A stretch of 64,000 nucleotides of DNA from Azolla caroliniana (Eukaryota > Plantae > Polypodiophyta), in NCBI GenBank assembly GCA_043228905.1, contig JBHGNT010000017.1, positions 2,604,001 to 2,668,000 on the forward strand. Direction: 5' to 3'. Position numbers and translations under genes: made by a program. Positions within the stretch are counted from its first letter, which is position 1, and each line of letters opens with the position of its first letter. The notes beneath the pieces were generated by a model. The model was given only the letters and a program-made list of their open reading frames with translations, ran no database searches and was not told where the DNA came from. This document shows, one piece after another, positions 23,735-36,600 of this stretch.

Positions 23735-24170
23735 CATCTGGGTGGGCAAACCTAATGCTCCTAGGAGAGTACATACAACACACAAAAGGCTCCACGACAA
23801 ATGCGATAAACCTTAGAAGCAAAATAGTCTTAGTACCTAAGCAGAAGGAGGCCATGTTACGCAAACCCTTGGGGGGGGGGGGGTGTATTAACGGCCCAAG
23901 TTGGTGTCAATAGGCTTTCGTGATATATACGATGAATAAACTGGGATTATCCATAAGTTTTCGAAAATGTCTTAAGAGTAACCCCACTGTATGCAATACA
24001 AACCTTACTAAGTTACTACTACTACTACTACTACTACATAGAGGAGATTATAACCTAGGGGTATATTTGTAAATATCCCAAAACATGGAAAAGGAAGAAG
24101 AAAGTCTAAGGCAAGGGTTTAAGTTAGGGTTTAAGCGAGAGCAACAACAGAAGAGAACAGAGCAGCAGCT

Positions 24171-26795
24171 ATGGCGTTCCGAAGCTTCTCTCGAGCAGCC
24201 CAGCTCCTTGCTCAGGGACGAAGAAACAAATCCCTTGTATCACCATCTCTGCTCCCCACACGCGGTGAGATTGAAGCTTCCTCACCTTTACCCCACCAGC
24301 TCGTCTTCACAGCAAGCTTCGCCTCAGATTTCTTAAACTTCGATGACTTACCCCCACCATCTTCGATGCCTAGGTCCAGATCTTTCCTGTCAAACAAAAG
24401 ATCGAGCCTCGCCCGTCGGATGGCAGCACGGGAGAAACCCGACGAGATAAGCGATTTCCATGGTCTCGCGGGATCGAGCTTTGAGGAAACCCTAGAAAGG
24501 CTCGATCGGCTCGATAAGATCGGAATCAAACCACACCCCGCTACCTATGCCGCTCTTCTTCAATCGGCTGGGAATCGTGTACAACTTGATAAAGGTACGC
24601 TCGTTCACAACCATATTGTCAGGTATGAATACCACGAAAAGGATATGGCCCTTGTTGGGCTCATCTTGCAAATGTATAGAAGATGTGGGTCGCCACAGAA
24701 AGCTCGGGAATGGTTTGACTCCCGTGCAAAGAAGAACACCTACATGTGGACTTGCATGATTGGTGCTTATTGCCAATATGGGTATAGGAAGGAGGCATTG
24801 GAGATCTATGAAATGCTTAAACAAGCCGAGCTTAACCCAGAGAAGGAGTCATTTCTAAGTTTGGTGTCGGTCATTTCTGGGGCTGAGAATATGCAAGATG
24901 GACGCCTCGTACATGAGCATATCCATCGTTCCCCTTATAAGTTGGACCCTGTAATTGGTGCCGCCCTTATCAGGATGTATGGAAGATTGGAAAGTGTTGA
25001 GAATTCTGTGAAGATGTTTAGGATGTTGATTGAACGAAAAGGATCGGTTTGGAATGCATTGAGTTCGGCTTATGCTTTGAATCATCGTTATAGAGATGCA
25101 GCTGACCTGTTTGAGGTCATGATACAGCAAGATGAGTTCCCCGATCATATAAGCTTCTCAAGTGCCCTCGTTGCTTGTGTTCGTGAGGGGGATCTCGAGA
25201 AAGCTATGCAGATTCATTCTCGTCTTCCAAGAAATGCTTTGGAGACCGAGAAGAGGGTCATGATCAGCCTGATACACTTGTATGGGAAATCTGGCAACCT
25301 TCAAGAAGCTCAGAAAGTGTTTGGTGAAATGACTGGAAAAGATGTTATTGCTTGGAACACATTGATCAAGGCATTTGCTGAATATGGGCATCACAAGCAG
25401 GTACTTTCTCTTTGTGGAAAAATGAAGAAAGAGGGCGTGACTCCCAACAGGGTAACATACATTCTTAATGCTACAGCATGTCTAAGCGAGGATGCGCTGA
25501 AGGAAGGCAAAGAGATCTATTCAGAATTCTCCAAAAGTGGCTTGGAATTGGATGCTGGAATTGCCTCAGCTTTTGTTTCCATGTTTGGGCGATGTAGGGC
25601 TTTGCAAGAAGCTCGCGAGGTTTTCGATAAGGTTACTGACAAGAGCCTGCCTTTGTTGAATGCTATGATTATTGCATTGGCAACTAATGAACACAAGGAA
25701 GAGGCTCTCGAGGTCTTTCAGAGTATTCCAAAGGAATTTTATGTGAGTAGCCTTTGCACCTATGGCAGAGGCAGCCTTGAGCTGGCAGAGACAATATTTG
25801 AGAAAATGCCAGATAAAAACTGTCCGTTATGGAATGCTATGATTGCTGGATATGTACGCAAGGATGCTAACAAGCAAGCATTAAATTTATTCAAGAAAAT
25901 GCAAGAGCAAGGAGTGTCTGAGGATAAGCACACCATTATTAATGTCCTTAGTGCTTGCATTGGTCCATGTGATCTGGCTGAAGGCAAAGCTATACAGTCG
26001 CGTGCTTCTCAGATTGGTTTCGAAGCCGAGGTAGATGTTACTGTTGCTCTCATTAAAATGTATGGAAAATGTGGGAGCGTGGAAGAAGCCCAACGACTAT
26101 TTGACCAGACCTCGACCCGAGATGTGACTACTTGGGATGCCTTGATTGCAGCATATGCCCACAATGGGAAGTGTAAAGAAGCTCTCCAGGTCTTTAAGCA
26201 CATGCAAGAGTCTGGTTTGGTTCCAAAGAAAACAACTTGTGTGAATGTGCTTTCTGCGTGCGAAGATTTGCAAGATGGAAAAGAGGTGCATGAATTGGTT
26301 CGGTTTCTTGGTTATGAGTTTGATGCAACGGTTGCGAATGCGATTGTGGGTATGTATGCAAAGTGTGGCTATCTAGAAGGTGCAAAGACAGCATTCAACA
26401 ATGGTTTAATCCACAATGCTATCTCCTGGACCTCTATGATTGCGGCATATGCAAGGAATGGACAGGAAGAGGAAGCCTCAAAGCTTTTTGGGAAAATTAA
26501 GGATGAAGGTATTTTATCGGAAAGGGTGACGTATGAGAATGTTCTTTCTGCATTTAACCAAGGAATCCTGGCTACTGAGAGCCGTCTCCGCATGCTGGAT
26601 CTTGATGAAAAATGTGGTATTATCCCAGGAGCTGAATTATTTGGTAACATTGTGGATCTACTTGGAGCATCTGGCCAACTCGATGAGGCAGAAAAGTTTG
26701 TATATACCGTACCTTATGAACCCCCCAATGCTGTGTATTCTGTATTGACAGAAGAAAACAAATTTCAATTTGACTTCAAGCTACCGTTATTCTAG
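24171..26795 (+). CDS. PLS-class PPR protein, 874 aa, probable mitochondrial presequence, no complete E/DYW domain
   Basis: Arg/Ser-rich N-terminus MAFRSFSRAAQLL. PPR motifs include ALIKMYGKCGSVEEA, DVIAWNTLIKAFA and ISWTSMIAAYA. A telo-box (TTAGGGTTT) lies near 24124. Confidence 0.93.
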   Translation: MAFRSFSRAAQLLAQGRRNKSLVSPSLLPTRGEIEASSPLPHQLVFTASFASDFLNFDDLPPPSSMPRSRSFLSNKRSSLARRMAAREKPDEISDFHGLAGSSFEETLERLDRLDKIGIKPHPATYAALLQSAGNRVQLDKGTLVHNHIVRYEYHEKDMALVGLILQMYRRCGSPQKAREWFDSRAKKNTYMWTCMIGAYCQYGYRKEALEIYEMLKQAELNPEKESFLSLVSVISGAENMQDGRLVHEHIHRSPYKLDPVIGAALIRMYGRLESVENSVKMFRMLIERKGSVWNALSSAYALNHRYRDAADLFEVMIQQDEFPDHISFSSALVACVREGDLEKAMQIHSRLPRNALETEKRVMISLIHLYGKSGNLQEAQKVFGEMTGKDVIAWNTLIKAFAEYGHHKQVLSLCGKMKKEGVTPNRVTYILNATACLSEDALKEGKEIYSEFSKSGLELDAGIASAFVSMFGRCRALQEAREVFDKVTDKSLPLLNAMIIALATNEHKEEALEVFQSIPKEFYVSSLCTYGRGSLELAETIFEKMPDKNCPLWNAMIAGYVRKDANKQALNLFKKMQEQGVSEDKHTIINVLSACIGPCDLAEGKAIQSRASQIGFEAEVDVTVALIKMYGKCGSVEEAQRLFDQTSTRDVTTWDALIAAYAHNGKCKEALQVFKHMQESGLVPKKTTCVNVLSACEDLQDGKEVHELVRFLGYEFDATVANAIVGMYAKCGYLEGAKTAFNNGLIHNAISWTSMIAAYARNGQEEEASKLFGKIKDEGILSERVTYENVLSAFNQGILATESRLRMLDLDEKCGIIPGAELFGNIVDLLGASGQLDEAEKFVYTVPYEPPNAVYSVLTEENKFQFDFKLPLF

Positions 26796-28130
26796 TCTTA
26801 ATGGAGAAATGAACCATCATCAGTTGAATCCACTCCAATGACTCATACAAGTTTTTTCTTTTGGCCATCTGCTTTGAACTTGGAGAAAATTGATTGACAT
26901 CGCATATGCCATGCACCCCCGTAACTATATCTCACATATGTGTAAATGATGCCCATTGATAAATGAGAATAGTTGGGAAAGTGACGAAGGCTATATACAT
27001 TGGATCTTATGCTTCTTTCCAGTTTGCTAGTGGAGCTTTATGGATATATTTTAATATATCGGATCATGCATCTTTCTAGGTTGCATGCTAGTGGAGCTTT
27101 ACAGATATATTTTAATAGATCATCTTTTCTGTCAGAAATCTGGCTTGAAAGCAGTTCTTCCTAACATTTTAATTTTTGGGAATATCAGCTGCATTCAAAG
27201 CTTCTTTACCTTGGCAATTCATAGTGTTCAAATTTTTGGTATCTTTTTTCCAACATCATGTTCATTCGTTATATTGCATGAAAAGCATAGTTTTGCTATG
27301 AAAACATTGTGTTCAGGTTTGGTGATGAGGGGTGGTGGGTTGGGAGGGGTTTAGTGTAGATGTGATTGTTTGATGATGGGCATTAGGATGTTTGAGGAAG
27401 GAGGGCGATTGTTGTTAGGTGTCTATTGTTCTGATCTGCCTCAAGTGTTATGTATGTACTTATGCTGTATGGATGTATATATAACATGTATGGTATATGT
27501 GCTACATGTTATATATATATGTACATAAAGGATTTTATATGTTTATATGTATGTAATTTAGACTCTAGAGTATATGCATATGTATCTGTATGTCAAAGAT
27601 GTACTGAAGTACCTTCAAAGATACATACATATGTCATACATACATTATACATACATACATATATGTGGATCCAGGTGGACCATTGGTGGGGATGATTTTG
27701 TACACACTGATCTGAGTGATAATGGAAAAAAAGAATCCTCTTGATTCCTCCCATGGCTTCTTTGAGTTGAGTATCTACCACAGTGATGAGGCGGAACTGG
27801 GGATTTCATGTTAACCATACTTTAGACTTTCCTAGAAAACTGATGCATGTAAAACCTAGTGTGGCATAGTTAAATGACTTCCAAAATGGAAGGAGCATGT
27901 TCATGTTTCTAATCGATATGTATCATTCTTTTTGGATCTTCCTATTAGTATCTGTCTATTCCCTGTCCAGCTTTATAAATGTAAATGTATGTAGCTCATG
28001 AACAAGTTTGATTGATAGGGTCATGTGGAATTGTTGTGAACGTGGAACAAAGATCGACTTGAAAATGCCACAAAGGTAATTTCTACTGTAGGAGTGAGTT
28101 TAGTAGTGCCTCAACAAAACTGATGCAAAC

Positions 28131-28326
28131 ATAGTAACAAAGTTTATCGTAAGTAAAGATGCATGTAAGGTTATGAAACCTATTTCACTTTGGAATGTAA
28201 TAAAATTTAATACGAAAACAACTAGAAAACAAATAGTAACAAAGTTGATCGAAGGTAAAGATGCATGTAAGTTTATCAAACCTATTTAGCTTTGGAATGT
28301 AATAAAATTTAATACGAAAACAAATA
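28131..28326. repeat. Tandem duplication ~100 bp
   Basis: atagtaacaaagtt...gtaaagatgcatgtaag...tttggaatgtaataaaatttaatacgaaaacaa occurs twice. Confidence 0.85.
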
Positions 28327-29480
28327 GGTGGCCCTTACTTTGAACGATTATCTTTTATGTTATTTAGAAGTGGCTATTTTCGTGTAAAACGAAAATCAGA
28401 AATTGAAAGAAAATTGTTCACAATAATTGGCTTGCTGCTTATCAATGCCTGGCAGCCATCTTTCACTGCTTTCCTTCTCGTTAGCTATCAACAACATAAG
28501 AGGACATGACCCTTCAAAATTGAGATATGGGGAGAAACAAATAACTAATGCTAATGGGAGTTGTTTATGAATAAGATAATCACAGTTAACAACAACTATT
28601 TATAAGAACTTTGCAAGGGAGGCGCAATACCTGAAGTAAAATAGAGGAAAAAAAACTTTTCCCATCCTTATTGTTTAAAAGAAAAAGCAGGAAAGAGAGG
28701 CACATCAAACTCTTTTATAGCTTTTATCCTTTTTAAGTAAAACTTTCCATAGTGGTTTGATCTCTTTCGTTAAACGATATACACTGCATCATATACTCTT
28801 CTCTGAGTGTCGCCAATAAACTTGGGACATGGTTTTTGTAGAAGGTGAGCACCCCCCCCCCCCCCCCCCCCCCCATAATGATGACTATGCATAAGACTGT
28901 CTATATTCAAGCTCGTGGGGTTGAAAGAAAGAGAATGAATTAACACATAATTGCTGACAAATTTAGATGGTTTAAAATTACAACAAAGCCAAAATATAGA
29001 CAAGCATTGACGGAAATTGTAACCTTGAGCATTACAATTAGTGACTGCGCATAAAGAGTCCACAAATTATTTGCAGAACAACAATTGAAAAAACTTTGAT
29101 CAATGCTTGTTTAAGAGCTGAATATTTACAAAATTCTCCTAAGCACATATATACATAGATCATATTAATAGGTCTCATCTCGGGAGTCCTTATAATAAGA
29201 AAGCAAGATTTGAGAAGATTTCATGTAGATTTGGTTCGCTTTTCATTATTAGGTCTACCTGTTGCTAAGACTCATATATGTATCCAATACGGCAATTAAG
29301 CCAAAACAAGGACGAGAACCTCCAATGGAGATTGATTCGAGGTGTATTCAGAGTATACACCGATGATGTGGAATGGGGTCTAAGGAGAAGCAGTTTTAAC
29401 CCCATGACCTTGGGATTGAAAGCTTCTGATACCCATGCCATGGTGGTGTGCAATTATTTATATGGATGGGTGTGCAGTGC

Positions 29481-31692
29481 TTAAGCTTGAATCAAAGGGA
29501 GGCCAATGGCAGCAATAAGGAGGGTAGAGAAGAACCCATACTTGAGGTGCATCCAGAAAGACAGATTGAAATGGAGCTTGGGGCCATCGGTGCTTATGCA
29601 TCTGGCCTGCTCACAGACGATGAGGTTGGCAGCGGAGCCAACAAGGCTCAGATTTCCTGCGATCGTGCTGCTCCATGCCATGTACAGCCATGCCCTGCTA
29701 CTGTTATTCTCGGAGGACGATGATGATGCCACCTTAGGACCCAATAGCAGCACTGAAAAGAAAACAAAATGAAGGAAACCCTAAAATGCTTCATCAATAT
29801 GGTACCTCACCATACCTATACGTATACATATGAGATATTCAAAACAAAGGAAACCCTAAAATGCTTCATCAATGTGGTACCTCACCATACATATACGTAT
29901 ACAAATGAGATATTCAAGAATCAAAATACAGGAAACCCTAAAATGCTCCATCAATGTGGTATCTCACCATACATATACATATACATAAATCCTAAACCCT
30001 AAACATATACATATACATATGAGGTATTTCATTATTAATTTGAAACACCCGCCATGCAGAGTTAACGAATCTGCATCATCCATGAAATCCCTATCCTATA
30101 CATACATAATTACATATCCTATATCTCCCATATGTTTGGTTATTTTGACCCATATTGTTTTTTGATGCACAGCACATTGCATTATACATATATACATATG
30201 TACATATAATGGTCACCACCTGTTGGCACATTTGAGGCTATGTTGGATAGTAGCATGACTACAGCTGCGAGGACAGCAACACCGCTAGGGTTGTCGATCC
30301 GGGCATGGGGCTCCACCACATTCCAAAACACTGTTGGCAGTCCTGTCTTGTTGAATCCTTCCACAGTTACAAACATCCCCGAGAAGAATACAAGAAGAGA
30401 ATAGGACACCTTTTGAAATTTATATACAAGAAACAAGACTGTGATTAGTGTACAGGCTATAATAATAAGTCCACCACTGGTTTGAGTGGTTCATACAATG
30501 AATGGTGCACAAGAACTACCTTGTTTAGGCATGGTGCACCATCCTGAAAGTCGAGAACCACAAGCACGATTGCGGCCGTGATTGCGCACCATGAGAGATT
30601 GAGGCCACAGAGAAAGGCAACAAGCATCCCAATGGTCACAAAGTAGACACAAGGCTTCTGTAAAAACCTCGACCAGTAGGTTCGGATCCTTCCCAACTCA
30701 TTCAGATGTGCAAGATTTGGTGGAGAATATAATCCTTGGGAGGATGGGGATGCTTGAATGTTGCTGGAGATCGTTGTATTCTCTGGCTTCGGCTCAATGA
30801 CACGATTAAAAACTGCTGATACTTGATTATTACATCTAGTAACTGAATTTGTGACTACACGCTGTTGCTGTTTTGCATCATTAATCTGGTCAATGTGTGG
30901 CAATTCATCCCTTAATGCCATTGATCCTAATTCCAACTTATTTGCATCATCATCATCATCATTAATGTGGGAATGCATTCTATTGTCATTATTGATATTA
31001 TCCCTCAAATCAATGATCTCCACATTGCCTAATTCCACCTTGCAAGGTGAGGCTGGTAAAATTTCAAGATGTTTCCAATACATGGCTAAAAGGAGCCCTG
31101 TATTGACAGCCACACCCACAATCATGGCGGGGAACATAGACTTAACGAATTTACCGAACGGGATCTTCCCTTGTATAGCAATGACGAGGTTTTGAGGGTT
31201 CCCGATGGGCGTGGCGGACGACCCGATATTAGCACTAGTAGCAAGAGCAAGTAGAAATGGCTCCGGGTTCAAGCCTTTCTCCTTGCATAGGCTCAATATG
31301 AAGCCAGTGAACAACACACAACATGTGTCATTGGTGAAGATGGCACTGGTCGCGGCAACGAGGAATGAGAGGCGGCAAAGGAGGTCCTTGCCACCTCGGC
31401 ATTTCCACGAGAGGATGCGGCCCAAGTACTTAAACATGTCGGCTCTCTCGAGGTATATGCTCACAACCATGGTGCCGAAGAGAAGGCCAAGGATGGGCAA
31501 GTTTATGGATTGGTAGGCTTCGTCGGGAGTTAAGACTTGGAAGACTACCATGAGTACCGAGCCGACTAGAGCCCCGGATGTTCGGCCCACGGGAAGGAAG
31601 GGGAATTTCGGGAAGGTCGCGGTTATCCATAAGACTAGGAATGCTAGGCTGCCCAATATGACACTCCTAGTTGGTGCCAATTCCTTGGTCAT
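29481..31692 (-). CDS. LSI2: Lsi2-like silicon/metalloid efflux transporter (ArsB/CitMHS-related), 3 exons
   Basis: Predicted exons 31692-30520, 30409-30220 and 29752-29481. Motifs PFLPVGRTSG, INLPILGLLFGTMVV, FTNDTCC, SANIGSSATPIGNPQNLVIA, VSYSLLVFFSGMF, SNVPTVLL and AGNLSLVGSAANLIVCEQA. Confidence 0.95.
29773..30010. repeat. Intronic tandem repeat, 3 x 75-82 bp
   Basis: aggaaaccctaaaatgc...catcaat.tggta.ctcaccatac starts at 29773, 29848 and 29930. Confidence 0.9.
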
Positions 31693-31770
31693 GGCTAAAT
31701 AAAATTTTGTTATGTATGGTTTGCTAGTTATGGATGGTAGGTAGAGAGATGGGTGTAGCTTAAATAGGAG

Positions 31771-31983
31771 TCTCTCTCTCTCTCTCTTTGGTGAAAACAC
31801 ACAATTATACTAATAAATGTGTGAAAAACACTACTTACAATCTCTGTCTCTGTCTCTCTCTTTGGTGAAAACACACAATTATACTAATAAATGTGTGAAA
31901 AACACTACTTACAATCTCTGTCTCTGTCTCTCTCTTTGGTGAAAACACGCAATTATACTAATAAATGTATGAAAAACACTGCT

Positions 31984-32020
<37 letters not shown>
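31771..32020. repeat. 3 x 74-bp tandem repeat bounded by (CT)n upstream of LSI2
   Basis: tttggtgaaaacac.caattatactaataaatgt.tgaaaaacact.cttacaatctct starts at 31787, 31861 and 31935. Confidence 0.92.
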
Positions 32021-32022
<2 letters not shown>

Positions 32023-33692
32023 ACTAATCATCATATCAATGGTCCCCAAGAAGAAGAAATTTGGTGAGAGTGAGAGATCATCTTCATACACCCTCCCCAA
32101 CCCAAATAAAAAGACTTTGCAAAATGCATTTTGTGTTTACCAAGACACAACTAACTCGGGAGAATATTCCATTTTTTTTTTCTTTCCTAAACAAACCTAG
32201 AACACCCCCTTGGATCACATAATGGCCACATGTAACAAACATTGCCATTAAACACTCCTTGATTCTACTAAAGCATGCATGCAAAAAAAAGGTACATACA
32301 TATATGTATGTACGAGCTTGACATAGGATTGTATGCTACTTGTGAGTTTAGCATGCCTATTTTCGTAGTGTGCCAACATTTATACATTCATATATGCTTA
32401 TATGTAAGCAATGAATGGACTTGCTACGCACTCCACGCCCAAATGACACTACCATTACAAGATATATTTGTTGGGTTTCCCCAAAGAATAGTGCCTCTAG
32501 GTCACATAATTAATTATTTTGTTTGAGCGAAAAATGCTTTATTTAGATATCCTCTTTCCCTTTCCTCTTTGAATGTGTATGCATTAATCTCAAATTGTTT
32601 GTTTTATTTTATGTCTTGGCTCATATTTCATATTCCTTTGGTTCAAACCGACACCTTATTGTTCACAAAATACTAAGAAAAAGCTTTGAAGAAGATGGTG
32701 ATATATTAATGTCTATAGGGGGCCCAAACATGAACCCATGGGATCCATAAATCATTACAAATAAACTCTCCCCAATTGTGTAGGTGGGATTTTTTATGGG
32801 AGAACAAACATAAATATACGTTGAAACTTGAAATTTATAAACTAAGCATGTTAAAACTCATTGTTTTGATCTTTCCACGAGTCATAAGTTTGGTTCTTTG
32901 GTCTAGAAGATGAGCAAATATTTGTATCATCAAATAGGGTCCTACTCTCATCATGGGTTACTAAAAAATGCGTAGAAAACCAATTTAAAAATCTGAGATA
33001 TCATGCATGAAGCCATCATATGTGAGGAATCCAAACTAACACATTCTTATGTTTTTGGCACCTTGAGGACACACAAGTCACATACCCCGTTTTCTACTTA
33101 ATATATGCATAATCCCCAATTTAGCTTGTCCACATCAATGTGATGGCACATACTGCTCTCGTGGATGTGGGTATTTGGATGTGAACTTTGGCCTCAACTA
33201 GTCACTCTACTCACTAATTTCTTTCTAATATCGAGGTTAAATTAATGCAATTGTAATAGTACTCTAACTTAGATCCGGTTGCTCTTCATTTCATGTATGT
33301 GAGAACAACTCAAACTAGAGCTAAGTTTGATACACAATAAACAAATTGTTAAGATATGTGATTATGTTAGATATAAGAATTGATAAATAATGGTCTAGCA
33401 TTATATATATATATATTAAAAACTTCTCATGATTTGCTTCTCATAAGCATTGAAAAAAGAAATAGAGAACCTTTCAAAGTGGACATACTTTGTAGACATG
33501 CTTAACTAAAAGAGGTATGCATATATATAGCGATACATGCATGCTATTAATAAGCTCTAATTTAGGTTTAACCATCTATAGTGGCTTTTATGGACCTATC
33601 TAAAAAGTTGTGGAAAAAGGAAGGCCTCTCTTTCCACCATTTTCATGCTTCATGCACTATATTCAACAAGTATGAAGGCACAAAGTAAATAT

Positions 33693-36600
33693 TGTGGTGT
33701 CCCTTTCGTGCAAGTGCATGCCATTTAGCACACCACCCCTTTTAGCACGCATGTAGTTAGGCCAACCCAAATGGGTACCTTTGTATCTTCTATAAATTGA
33801 ACAAGAAGTAACAAGCCAAGCCAGTTGGTTTGGATTCCTTTTATGTGCATTTCACATAATTGGTGGAGACGCAGGGTAAAATTTGAACCACACCACCTCG
33901 TTCATGATGTCCCAATTCCCTCCTGTCGCCTCCAAAGCCGATACCCCTATGCAACCTGAGTTCCCGCAACCTCACCCTTCCAAATGGAGCAACTCTTGTA
34001 AGTCCTCTCCAACGCCATGCTTCAAATAAGCCTCACAAATCAACCAATGCTCTCCTTCCTCCCTACTAACAACCACCGGTCTCAAGATCGGCCAGATTCC
34101 AAGGTCCACCCGAAGTCCTTCTCTGGCTTGCCCTTTGAGGATGTCTTAGCTTGGTTGGACCACTTTGAGACGATCTCTAGTTACCACAAGTTCACACCCT
34201 ACTCGAAAATGTTGCCGCCACCTGGTATGTACAACAAGCAAGCGAAGTGATAGAGAACAAAGTGATCCTCCTCGTGCAAAACTTCACCTATCAAAATTCA
34301 GCCCAGAAGACCTTACAACATCTCGAGACATTGCAGCAACAAGCACACGAGCTAGTGGGCCAATTTGACGTTCTCCTAAATCAACTCCTCGTTCGTGCCG
34401 ATCCTACCATGTTCGAGCATGTCAAGCATTTCTTCTTATGGCCCCATTTGCGCCATGGCATCACTCATTGCACCTGGGACCAAGATCCCAAGACATTCAA
34501 TGACGTCATCCTCATTGCCCAACACATCGAAGCTTGTACGTTATCTGACTCTCAACGATGTTGACCCCATCCACCATCGACCGACTTGCGAGCCCAATAC
34601 TAGGGAGCGCTCCCCATGGACATTGATGTCCAAAACGTGTAGATGCAGGCTCGCCACAACCTTCCCCATTGCAATACCCAAGGGTGCCCGAAGTGTTTCT
34701 AGTGCAACAATTATGGACACGTCCGACATCACTATCGGAAATTGCAACAACAGTTTCACAAGCAACAAACCTAGATAACCATGGCTGATGAAACATGGTT
34801 GGTTGAGCTTCCGGGAAACAACCTTTTTGACGATCACCAACATCTATACCACTCTCGCATGCAAGCCCACTACACCGTCACCTTAGGCACTCTCACTCAC
34901 ACCACTTTTATGTCTTGCCTCACCAACTCTTCCCCCTCACCTTCGGTTGCGATTGGTTCCTCAAGCATTGCGTTGTGATTGATTTTGATGCCCACAAACT
35001 TCTTGTCCCCTGTGCTTCCCCCTCCTACACGATACCTCCCCTGTCCCCCACCTTAGCCAAGTCTAGGTGGCCCTCAGTCCACAGGAGCGATTGGTCTCCA
35101 TCTACCAATTGTTAGCTCGTTTTTCGTCACTAGCCGTCCAACCCGTGCATGCTCCTACTGTCTCTTTCCCGGTACAACATGCCATTCATACTGAGGAAGC
35201 CACTCCCATCTGGACGGATACCCGTCGATGTCCCCCCCTCAACCATGATTGCATCGATGCTGCCGTCACCGCCATGCTTGCCAAAGGTATTATCATTCCG
35301 TCCACTAGTGATTGTGTTTCGGAACCCCACCTCGTCAAGAAGGATGATGACTAACAATTGGCAACGGTTTGGTTCAGTTTGAGAGGGGCAAAACCGAACT
35401 GGTTTGAAACTAAACCGTTTAAAAATTTTAAAACTTGAACCGAACTGAATTGAACCATGAAACCGTTAAACCAAACCGGTAAAAAAAATTCAAACTGTTA
35501 AAACCACGGTTTCGTGGTTCGGTTTCAGTTTCAACTTAGGTCAAAATTCAAAATTCAAAATTTCCCTTCGCTTCATCCCGAACCTCGCCTTGGTCACTTT
35601 TGCCCTTTCCAACTCTTGAAGAAAGGTGTGTCATTCGTTTGGGATCCTCTGCATGCGAAGACAACTTTCGTCGCCTCAAAACTATGGTCCAGGAATTGGG
35701 GTTGCTCGCCCATCCTAACTTTGACCAACCATTCACGTTGCAGTCAGATGGCTCAAACCATGGGTTTAGAGCCATCCTCCTACAAGCTGATTGCCACGAG
35801 CAAGAAAAGGTGGTCGCCTTCATTAGCCGAACTCTCACGCCCGCTGAACGCAACTACTCAACCACTGAGAAGGAGCTACTTGCGATTGTCTAGTCTGTCC
35901 AACATCTTCACCCATACCTTCGTGGTGGACAGGTTACGGTTGAGACTGACCACCAACCCTTGCTTTCTCTTATCCATCAACCCCACCCCCCGGGCCGCTT
36001 GTTGCGATGAACGCTGGCACCCCAAGATTATTAGTTTACCCTCTCCTATCAGAAAGGTGTAACCAATTTGGTTGCTGATAGTATCTCTTGCGCCGACTTC
36101 CAAGTTGTCTAATTTCTCCATGAGACATCCGATCTTCAGCTACCACTGCCACAACTAACTACACTTCTGCAACACAACCCCGCCATCCAAGAGATAACCC
36201 ATCAGTTGTGCTCTCTCCAACCATTTCCCTCACAATGGCGGTTCATGGTCCGCGATAACTTGGTGTTCTTTATTCAAGCGCATCACGAGCCTTGTCTCTA
36301 CATCCCTCATGCCCTACAACAAACGTACCTCCAATTTTAACATTACCACCCATTGTTGGGCCATTACGGTTTCCATAAGGCTCTCCAAAAATTACGCGTT
36401 AGGTATTACTGGCCCAACATGCGACACTCTGTCTCTACCTACATCAAACAATGTGCTTTGTGTCAACATATCAAACCTATGGGCAAGCCTGCTTTAACAC
36501 TCCAGCTCATCACCGTCACATCACCTTTCAAGCTTGTTGGATGGGATTTCATGGGACCTTTCCCAAAACCCCTAGGGGCAACAAGTATATCTTGGTCATA

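Noticed and set aside
31693-31800. N-terminal extension of the 447-aa LSI2 ORF (MFSPKRERER...)
   Set aside because: It starts at GTG inside a tandem repeat and SSR. Family similarity begins at ATG 31692.
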